From Gemmatimonadales bacterium (GTDB taxonomy: Bacteria; Gemmatimonadota; Gemmatimonadetes; Gemmatimonadales; GWC2-71-9), in NCBI GenBank assembly GCA_965249575.1, contig OZ252244.1, forward strand, positions 3,104,001 through 3,168,000: DNA of 64,000 nt, given 5' to 3'. Both the position numbers and the translations under genes were made by a program. Below are positions 56,837-64,000 of the stretch, piece by piece; position 1 is the first letter of the stretch; each line of letters opens with the position of its first letter. A model generated the notes under the pieces. The model had not been told where the DNA came from. It was given only the letters and a program-made list of their open reading frames with translations, and did no database searches.

Positions 56837-57870
56837 GCACGCCGACCTGGACGGCGGCGTCCTCGATTCCCTCGGATCTTTCGCGCGAACAGCTTCTCGA
56901 GATCTACTACTACTTGCGTCTCACCCGATCGCTCGAAGAGCGGCTCGTGAGGCTCCAGCGTCAGGGGAAGGTGATCGGGGGACTGTACCGCTCGCTCGGT
57001 CAGGAGGGCGAGAGCGTGGGCAGTGCCTTTGCGTTGGGCCCCGGCGACATCCTCTCACCCCTCATACGCAACCTCGGGTCCATGCTCCTCCGCGGGGCGC
57101 AGCCCGTCGATGTGTTCCGCCAGTATATGGCGAAGCGGCAGAGTCCCACCGGGGGCCGGGAACTGAACATCCATTTCGACGATCTGGAGCTCGGCTACCT
57201 GGGGCCGGTCTCGCCCCTCGGCGACATGGTGGCGGTCATGGCCGGCATAGCCCTCTCGTTCAAGATCCGGAGGGAGCGTCGCGTGGGCATGGTCTATGTC
57301 GGGGACGGGTGCACGAGCACCGGTACCTTCCACGAGGCAGTCAACCTGGCGGCCGTTCAGCGGTTGCCGCTCGTCGTCGTGCTGGAGAGTAACGGGTACG
57401 CGTACTCCACGCCCACGGTCAGGCAGACCGCGGTGACACATTTGGCAGACAAGGGGAAAGCGTACGGCATTCCATCGGTGACGGTCGATGGGAATGACGT
57501 TTTTGCGGTTTACGAGGCTGCAAGAACCGCCGTGCGTCGCGCGCGAGCCGGGGAGGGCGTCACGTTTCTCGAGGTCGAAACGTATCGGCGCAAAGGGCAC
57601 GCGGAGCACGACGACCAGCGCTATCAGCCGCGAGACGAAATCGCACAATGGGAACGTAAGGACCCTATCGTCCGGTACGTTGCCCGCGTGACTGGTGACG
57701 GTTGGGTGGAATCGGCGGAGTTGGCGGAAGTGGATACTCGCGTCGACCGCGAGTTGAACGCCGCCGTTGGAGCCTGTGAGGGGGAACCCCTGCCCGAAGG
57801 TGGCTCGGCGCTTTCGGCAGTCTATCGCGACCCGCCGAGTGCCGACTCTCTGTGGTTCAGGGGGCTGTAG
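56833..57870 (+). CDS. 2-oxoacid dehydrogenase E1 alpha subunit (TPP)
   Basis: GQEG, GDG...ESNGYAYS TPP motif, TYRRKGHAEHD; ATGA overlap with copZ. Confidence 0.92.
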   Translation: MSTPTWTAASSIPSDLSREQLLEIYYYLRLTRSLEERLVRLQRQGKVIGGLYRSLGQEGESVGSAFALGPGDILSPLIRNLGSMLLRGAQPVDVFRQYMAKRQSPTGGRELNIHFDDLELGYLGPVSPLGDMVAVMAGIALSFKIRRERRVGMVYVGDGCTSTGTFHEAVNLAAVQRLPLVVVLESNGYAYSTPTVRQTAVTHLADKGKAYGIPSVTVDGNDVFAVYEAARTAVRRARAGEGVTFLEVETYRRKGHAEHDDQRYQPRDEIAQWERKDPIVRYVARVTGDGWVESAELAEVDTRVDRELNAAVGACEGEPLPEGGSALSAVYRDPPSADSLWFRGL

Positions 57871-57942
57871 TCGTGAAGGGATCTTGGTCGAGGGGGCTCA
57901 CGTGCGCCGTGTGATCGGTTCGGGCCGGTGGAGGGTGTGGAC

Positions 57943-58923
57943 ATGGCAGAAGTGACGTACCTGGAGGCGCTCCGACAGGGGTTGTGGGAAGAAATGGAAC
58001 GGGATGAGCGCGTGTTCATTCTGGGGGAGGATGTTGGTGTCTACGGGGGTGCGTTCAAAGTCACTGACGGGTTTCAGAGTCGATTCGGTGAGGCTCGGGT
58101 AATCGACACGCCTATCAGCGAGGCCGCAATCGTTGGAGCCGCGGCAGGAGCCGCGCACATGGGCCTCCGGCCGGTCGCGGAGATGCAGTTCATCGATTTC
58201 ATTGCCTGCGCGTATGACATGCTCACGAATTACGTGGCAACGGCCCGGTATCGCTCGGGCTTATCCACACCGATCGTCGTGCGCGGGCCGAGTGGCGGCT
58301 ACGTTCGTGGCGGACCGTTTCACTCCCAGTCACCCGAAGCGGCCTTCCTTCACACGCCCGGCCTGAAGCTCGTCTGTCCCGCGACGGCACGCGACGCCAA
58401 GGGCCTGATCAAGGCGGCCATCCGGGACGAAGACCCGACCATCTACTTCGAGCACAAGTACCTCTACCGCCGCATCAAGGAGGACCTGCCGGAGGGCGAG
58501 GACATCGTCACCCCGATCGGAAAGGCGCGCGTTGCCCGCGAGGGTCGGGACCTGTCGATCATCACTTGGTCGGCGATGGTGTGGAAGTCGCTCGAAGCAG
58601 CGGAGCAGATTGCGTCTGAGGATGGGGCGTCCATCGAGGTCGTCGACCTGCGGTCGCTGCTGCCGATGGATTCCGATGCAATCACGGCCACCGTAAAGAA
58701 GACTAACAAGGTACTGATCGTACACGAGGACACTCGGACGGGCGGCGTTGCCGGCGAGATAACCGCACGCATCAATGAATCGGCGTTCGAGTGGCTGGAC
58801 GGCCCAATCATGAGGGTGACCGGACAGGACACTCCGCTCCCGTACGCGCCTACGCTCGAAGACTTCGTCCTGCCGCAGACGGATGATATCGTCAAGGCAG
58901 CACGGTGGTTGCTTGCCTACTGA
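57943..58923 (+). CDS. 2-oxoacid dehydrogenase E1 beta subunit
   Basis: GEDVG..GG.F, DTPISE, EMQFIDF, HSQS, FEHK. Confidence 0.93.
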   Translation: MAEVTYLEALRQGLWEEMERDERVFILGEDVGVYGGAFKVTDGFQSRFGEARVIDTPISEAAIVGAAAGAAHMGLRPVAEMQFIDFIACAYDMLTNYVATARYRSGLSTPIVVRGPSGGYVRGGPFHSQSPEAAFLHTPGLKLVCPATARDAKGLIKAAIRDEDPTIYFEHKYLYRRIKEDLPEGEDIVTPIGKARVAREGRDLSIITWSAMVWKSLEAAEQIASEDGASIEVVDLRSLLPMDSDAITATVKKTNKVLIVHEDTRTGGVAGEITARINESAFEWLDGPIMRVTGQDTPLPYAPTLEDFVLPQTDDIVKAARWLLAY

Positions 58924-58945
58924 TGCGGGCGGCTAGCTCGGCGGG

Positions 58946-59350
58946 TCAGCTGGCTGTGCCCTCCCAGTGGGCGCGCAGGTTGATGTGGCAACGGACCGCT
59001 TCGACGGCGGCCGCGTTTGTGAGTACGGAGCACCATCCCCCACCGCCCCAGAACGCGCTCCCGTCAATCGCCGCCGCGCCGTAGCCCGAGCGGCTCAGCG
59101 ATCGGGCTGCCGCACGACGGAGGAGCCTGAGCAGCTTCCGGCGTTCGAAGTCGGCGGGGACCAACGCGAGGACCTGCAGCCCATCTGGCCGGACCGTGAT
59201 GGAATCGACGGTCCACCCGAGGTGACCGCACGCCTCACGCAGCGCCCGTTCGCAGAATTGCCGTGGCTCGGCTATCTTGAGACGCCTGCAGTGCCTGCGC
59301 GGCGTGCAAACGAAGTAGCACCAGTTGGTTCCGGTTGGCGTGAATCGCAC
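58946..59350 (-). mobile_element. IS200/IS605-type (Y1) TnpA homolog with degenerate catalytic residues
   Basis: YFVCTPRR...LREAC..LGW.V....VRPDGLQVL...FWGGG......EAVRCHI aligns by eye to TnpA, with HUH replaced by GLQ and catalytic Tyr by His. Confidence 0.62.
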
Positions 59351-59450
59351 GCGGTAATGTTGTCTCGCGGCGGCCCGCAGGCAGCGCCAAAAAACCGCGA
59401 GGACGGATGAAATCTGCCAGGGTTTGCCGAGGAAACGTAGGAGATTTCGT

Positions 59451-60803
59451 ATGGCGCCAGTAGATGTGATCATGCCGCAAATGGGCGAGTCCATCGCCGA
59501 GGGCACCGTGTCACGGTGGCTCAAGCAGGTCGGCGATGATGTCGATCGAGACGAGCCGCTCCTCGAGATCTCCACGGACAAGGTCGACGCGGAGATCCCA
59601 TCGCCGGCAAGGGGAGTGCTCACGGAGATCAAAGTTGGAGAGGGTGAAACGGTCGAGGTCCAGGCCGTCGTGGCCGTGATCGAGACAGAGAAGGCCGCGG
59701 CCGCCGCCTCGGCGCCCGCCGCCCCCCCGGACAAGACCCCAGAGCCGGCCGCTCAGCAACCGCCACCGGCGAGCGCTACTTCTGGTGCCGCTCCCCAACA
59801 GGCGGCCCCTGCCGCCCCCGCCCCGTCGGCGCTGCCCGCGCCCCGGCCAAGCGGCGATGGTGCGGAAACGACGGAGGAGCGACTCCGCCGGCGATCGACG
59901 CCCCTCGTGCGACGGATCGCGGCGGACCACAAGGTCGATATCGCGCCGGTGAGTGGAACGGGTTACGCCGGGCGGGTGACGAAGAGAGACATCTTGCAGT
60001 TCATCGAGGGCGGGGTTCCCGCGGTTGCCCCCGCGGCCGCGCCCTCCGTGGGCCGGCCGATGCCGGGTGCCATTGTCCACCCACCGGTCGAACCGTGGCC
60101 TGGCGATCGTGTCGAGCCGATGAGCAAGATCCGCAAGCTCACCGCCGATCACATGGTGATGTCGCGAAGGACTTCCGCCCACGTGACCAGCTTTTTCGAG
60201 GTCGATTTTACACGGGTGGCACAGCTCAGGCGGGCAAGGAAAACGGAATACGAGGAGCGAGGCGTCCGGCTCACGTATATGGGCTTCATCATCAAGGTGG
60301 TCGCAGACAATCTCCGGCGTCACCCCATCATCAACGCGTCGGTGAGCGGCGATTCGGTCATCTATCGCAAGCCCATCAACGTGGGGATCGCCGTTGCGCT
60401 GGATTGGGGTCTGATCGTGCCCGTCATCCGGAATGCCGATGAGCTCTCCCTCATCGGCCTAGCCAAGGCCATGGCCGACCTCGCCGACCGTGCCCGCTCG
60501 AAACGGCTCAATCCGGACGAGGTCCAACAGGGGACCTTCACGATCACCAATCCCGGTGGCTTCGGGTCCTACATCGGGACGCCCATCATTTCGCAGCCCC
60601 AGGTCGCCATCCTCGGTGTCGGTGCCATCGAGAAGCGGCCCAAGGTGCTGACGCTCGACGACGGACAGGATGTGCTCGCTATTCGGACCATGTCGATGCT
60701 CAGCCTGTCGTACGACCACCGGGTGGTCGACGGGGCCGACGGTGATCGGTTCATGGCCGACGTGAAGCGCGACCTGGAGGATTTCAGCGAAGGAGCCCTG
60801 TAG
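59451..60803 (+). CDS. Dihydrolipoamide acyltransferase (E2)
   Basis: Lipoyl domain ISTDKVDAE, Pro/Ala linker, E3-binding GRVTKRD, catalytic DHRVVDG. Confidence 0.94.
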   Translation: MAPVDVIMPQMGESIAEGTVSRWLKQVGDDVDRDEPLLEISTDKVDAEIPSPARGVLTEIKVGEGETVEVQAVVAVIETEKAAAAASAPAAPPDKTPEPAAQQPPPASATSGAAPQQAAPAAPAPSALPAPRPSGDGAETTEERLRRRSTPLVRRIAADHKVDIAPVSGTGYAGRVTKRDILQFIEGGVPAVAPAAAPSVGRPMPGAIVHPPVEPWPGDRVEPMSKIRKLTADHMVMSRRTSAHVTSFFEVDFTRVAQLRRARKTEYEERGVRLTYMGFIIKVVADNLRRHPIINASVSGDSVIYRKPINVGIAVALDWGLIVPVIRNADELSLIGLAKAMADLADRARSKRLNPDEVQQGTFTITNPGGFGSYIGTPIISQPQVAILGVGAIEKRPKVLTLDDGQDVLAIRTMSMLSLSYDHRVVDGADGDRFMADVKRDLEDFSEGAL

Positions 60804-61079
60804 GTGGCTCGGAGGGCGATCGAAGTTGAGGGCGAGCGCTGGTTGATTTATCCGTCGGGCCGGGTCACGGCTTACTCACGAGATGAGTTCGGTCTTGTGT
60901 TCGAGAAGGGCACGGGCGCGTCGCGGATTCGGCGCGTGACCCGGTACTCGCCGTTGGGCGCGCGACGCTGGGATGCGGCTCTAGCCGAGCTGTCAGACGC
61001 GCGCCTCCACGAGTTTTTTCGGCAATCGCAGCCCGCGTGGACCAGCCCGGAGACGCGCTACACCCGCCCATCGCGGTGA
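60804..61079 (+). CDS. Hypothetical protein
   Basis: 91-aa ORF abutting E2 stop and overlapping next start (GTGA). Confidence 0.6.
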   Translation: MARRAIEVEGERWLIYPSGRVTAYSRDEFGLVFEKGTGASRIRRVTRYSPLGARRWDAALAELSDARLHEFFRQSQPAWTSPETRYTRPSR

Positions 61080-61921
61080 CGGCCGCGCGGGCCGACCTCC
61101 ATCTCCACACGAGCGCCTCCGATGGCGACGCGTCGCCCACCGAGTTGGTGGAGCACGCGGTCGCCGCGCGCGTGGACGTCATCGCGGTCACGGACCACGA
61201 CACGCTTGCCGGTACGAGCGAGGCGTTCGAGGTCGGGGCCAGTCTCGGCGTACGCGTCATTCCGGGGTGTGAGTTCAGCGTGGCAGGACCTGGAGGCGAG
61301 CTGCACCTACTCGGGTACTTCCTCTCAGCGGAGGCCGCCGAGCTCGAAGCCTTTCTGGATCGTCAGCGATCGGACCGCCACCGCCGCGCCTCCGAGATCG
61401 TCAGCCGCTTGCGGGGTCTAGGGGTGGGGATCACGTACGACGACGTGCTGGCAGTAGGGGTCGGCGACGCGATCGGGCGACCACACGTCGCGCGAGCGCT
61501 CGTGGCACGCGGGGCGGTCTCGGGCATTCAGGAGGCGTTCGACCGCTACCTCGCCCATGGACGCGCGGCGTTCGTGCCCAAGCGTCTGCCGAGCCTCGAA
61601 TCGGTCACCGCATTGGTCCGGGACCGTGGTGGAGTCACGTCGGCCGCACATCTCGGCAACCCCGGGCCGCCGATGCTCGATCGGCTCAAGCGCGCGGGGG
61701 TCGATGGGGTGGAGGTCGTTCACCCCTCGCACGACGCCGCGACGACGGGACGGCTTGCGAAGCGCGCTGATGCGCTCGGGTTGCTCAAGACGGGGGGGTC
61801 AGACTGGCATGGGGTCGGGGGGCGTTCCGAGCTGGGATCGCACACGGTGCCCTACGGCTGGGTCGACCAAATGGAGCGCAGGCGGCAGGAGCGCGTACGG
61901 GATCTCGGTGTCACGGGCTGA
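61076..61921 (+). CDS. PHP-domain phosphoesterase (YciV/TrpH-like)
   Basis: DLHLHTSASDG, TDHD, ELHLLGY, GRPHVA, TGGSDWHG. Confidence 0.9.
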   Translation: MTAARADLHLHTSASDGDASPTELVEHAVAARVDVIAVTDHDTLAGTSEAFEVGASLGVRVIPGCEFSVAGPGGELHLLGYFLSAEAAELEAFLDRQRSDRHRRASEIVSRLRGLGVGITYDDVLAVGVGDAIGRPHVARALVARGAVSGIQEAFDRYLAHGRAAFVPKRLPSLESVTALVRDRGGVTSAAHLGNPGPPMLDRLKRAGVDGVEVVHPSHDAATTGRLAKRADALGLLKTGGSDWHGVGGRSELGSHTVPYGWVDQMERRRQERVRDLGVTG

Positions 61922-62015
61922 ACGTTGCTTGGCCGGGTCCGCCAGGCCGCCAGCGATGAGGTGGGCAGCCGAGAGACTCTGAGTCCAGGGGCGGCTTATC
62001 GACATTACGGAGCGG

Positions 62016-62729
62016 GTGATTCTCGTTACGGGCGGTGCGCGTCGCATTGGCCGCGCCCTCGCGGAAGGGCTGAGCCTGGATGGCGCCCGCATGGCCATCC
62101 ATTACCACGAGTCGGAACGTGGCGCGCGGGAGCTCGCCGACCGCCTGCTGGAACAGGGACCCGAGCGCGCCCAGACGTTCCGAGCCGACCTGCGTGACCC
62201 AGAAGAGGCGGGCCGCCTTCCGAAGCGGGTCGTCGAGGCGATGGGTCGGCTGGATGTCCTGATCAATTCCGCCGCGGTCATGCACGCACAGCCCTTCGGC
62301 CGGGTTACCCCTGATGCCTGGGATGCCGTGCTCGACCTCAACCTCCGCGCGAGTTTCTTTACTGCACAAGGAGCCTCGAGCGCGCTGCGCGCCGCCCGAG
62401 GCCGCATCGTGAATATCTCCGATGTCGCGGCCTTCGAACCCTGGCCGAACTACCTCCCGCATTGCGTTAGCAAGGCGGGGCTGGAGATGCTGACCAAGGG
62501 ACTCGCGCGTGTCCTGGCGCCAGAGGTGATGGTGAACGCCGTCGCTCCGGGGCCGGTGCTTCTCCCCGAGACGTGGGACCAGCAGGCCCGCGAACAGGCT
62601 GAGCGGTCGACTCCCCTCAAGCGGATCGGCCGGCCCGAGGATGTCCTCGCCGCAGTGCGTTTTCTGCTCGAGGCGGACTACACGACCGGGGCTACGATCG
62701 TGGTGGACGGCGGGAGGCTGGTACGGTGA
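62016..62729 (+). CDS. SDR oxidoreductase, pteridine reductase/FolM-like
   Basis: VTGGARRIG, AIHYH, LINSA, IVNISD, VNAVAPG, VDGG; YxxxK appears as HCVSK; start approximate. Confidence 0.82.
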   Translation: MILVTGGARRIGRALAEGLSLDGARMAIHYHESERGARELADRLLEQGPERAQTFRADLRDPEEAGRLPKRVVEAMGRLDVLINSAAVMHAQPFGRVTPDAWDAVLDLNLRASFFTAQGASSALRAARGRIVNISDVAAFEPWPNYLPHCVSKAGLEMLTKGLARVLAPEVMVNAVAPGPVLLPETWDQQAREQAERSTPLKRIGRPEDVLAAVRFLLEADYTTGATIVVDGGRLVR

Positions 62730-63109
62730 GCCCCAGGCGCGGCCGGACCTCGCCGGCGCAGGTTATCGATGCGGGGGCGCGGGGCATGGAGGCGCGTCGC
62801 GCCGTCGCGTTGTTCAACGGCGGCAGCTTCTGGGAGGCTCACGAGGCCATCGAAACGATTTGGAGGTCCGTGGCTGATGAGGGCGAGGCATTGGTACTCC
62901 AGGGTCTCATTCAAGCGGCCGCCGCGCTGCTCCACCGGGGGCGAGGGAACTCACATGGCGTTACGGTCGTTGGGAAGGCGGCGCTTGTGAAGTTGTCCGG
63001 CCGGCAGCATCCGGCCGTAGAGTTCGAAACCGAGGAGTTTTACCGCGGGTTAGAGCGGGCGCTCCGCGACGGTGGGCCACCTCCCACATTGAAACTGAGG
63101 GCGAAGTGA
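62726..63109 (+). CDS. DUF309 family protein
   Basis: LFNGGSFWEAHEAIETIW...LQGLIQAAA. Confidence 0.85.
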   Translation: MSPRRGRTSPAQVIDAGARGMEARRAVALFNGGSFWEAHEAIETIWRSVADEGEALVLQGLIQAAAALLHRGRGNSHGVTVVGKAALVKLSGRQHPAVEFETEEFYRGLERALRDGGPPPTLKLRAK

Positions 63110-64000
63110 CGAGTCACGGCACGGGTGAACTCCGGTACGACCTGATCATCGTTGGCGGTGGTCCGGCGGGCCTCTGCGCAGCTATGTATGGTGGAAGGGG
63201 CATGCTCAAGACCCTGTTGATCGAGCGGGGGGCCCCCGGCGGCGAGCTGCTGAACACAGAGCTGATCGAAGATTACCCGGGTTTCGAAAGCATTCTCGGG
63301 CGGGATTTGGCCCAGAAGATGGCCGATCACGCCAAGAAGTTCGGCGCCGAGTTCGTGATGGATACCGTTGACGCCGTTACGAAACGAGCGGACGGTGACT
63401 TCGACGTCACAACGCAGCTGAGCAAGACATACACTGCTCCGGCCGTGATCGTGACGGCGGGGGGAACGCCCGACAAGCTCGGGGTGCCGGGTGAACTGGA
63501 GTTCGCCGGGAAGGGCGTTTCCTACTGCGCGGTGTGCGACGGCGCGTTTTTCAAGGGCGAGGTCCTCGCCGTTATCGGTGGCGGCGATGCCGCGGTCGAA
63601 GAGGCTGACTACCTCACGCGATATGCGGAAAAGGTCTATATCGTGCACCGAAGGGATCAGTTCCGGGCCTCGGCTCTTATCCAGGAACGGGCTTTCAAGA
63701 ACCCCAAGATCGAAGTGATCTGGAACAAGACGGTGGACGAGATCGCCGGTGAGCCATCCGGCGTGACGGGCTTGAAGCTCAAGGACACGGTGGGTGGGGA
63801 GCAGTCCGAGCTGGCGGTGGGAGGTGTGTTCATCTTCATAGGCTTCACGCCGAACACGGGAGTGATCCGCGGACACTTCGAGCACGACGACGCCGGGTAC
63901 GTCGTCACCGATTCCGAAATGATGACATCGATTCCCGGGCTATTCGCAGCCGGTGACCTTCGCGTCCAGTTGACGCGGCAGATCACGACCGCGGTCGGGG
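63106..64000 (+). CDS. trxB: Thioredoxin-disulfide reductase (3' truncated by window edge; absent from ORF track)
   Basis: Manual translation: IIVGGGPAG, EDYPG, GVSYCAVCDG, IGGGDAAVEEA, HRRDQFRA, FAAGD. Confidence 0.94.
   Translation, partial: MTSHGTGELRYDLIIVGGGPAGLCAAMYGGRGMLKTLLIERGAPGGELLNTELIEDYPGFESILGRDLAQKMADHAKKFGAEFVMDTVDAVTKRADGDFDVTTQLSKTYTAPAVIVTAGGTPDKLGVPGELEFAGKGVSYCAVCDGAFFKGEVLAVIGGGDAAVEEADYLTRYAEKVYIVHRRDQFRASALIQERAFKNPKIEVIWNKTVDEIAGEPSGVTGLKLKDTVGGEQSELAVGGVFIFIGFTPNTGVIRGHFEHDDAGYVVTDSEMMTSIPGLFAAGDLRVQLTRQITTAVG

Noticed and set aside
1..64000. CRISPR array, prophage, integron or defence island
   Set aside because: No regularly spaced repeats, integrase, phage structural genes or clear compositional island seen by eye

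Overview
High-GC, gene-dense bacterial chromosomal segment, probably Gemmatimonadota. That assignment is inferred from the gene repertoire and style (TPR Ser/Thr kinase, SARP-ATPase, M6 protease, TonB operon, ACIII), not from a marker gene. In order, the window holds: the end of an orphan catabolic operon (DapA-like aldolase, DHODH-like flavoprotein, OSBS/NAAAR-like enolase); an alternative complex III operon (actABCDEF); an ECF sigma/anti-sigma/VIT-vWA module and a Ser/Thr kinase; a blue-copper lipoprotein and SARP regulator; an NPP-DedA-copper-monooxygenase-like operon; a four-gene sphingolipid operon (spt, bCerS-like GNAT, CerR-like reductase, Aur1/IPC-synthase-like) with a divergent PAP2 phosphatase; an M6 protease plus lipoprotein; tRNA-Ala, a 6S-like RNA, sodA and a peroxiredoxin; two-component genes; tonB-exbB-exbD-exbD-tonB; an amino-acid permease; a peptidoglycan-sugar scavenging locus (namZ, nagZ, two SSS transporters, kinase, erpA); PIP synthase-ino1-cupA-copA-copZ running into a 2-oxoacid dehydrogenase interrupted by a catalytically dead IS200-type TnpA; then PHP, SDR, DUF309 and trxB. 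The best candidate for an undescribed system is an inositol-phosphoceramide (sphingolipid) pathway split over two loci. Next to it lies a secreted protein with the full six-ligand copper motif of PHM/DBH-type monooxygenases. At least eight frameshifts, several in homopolymers, suggest long-read assembly errors.
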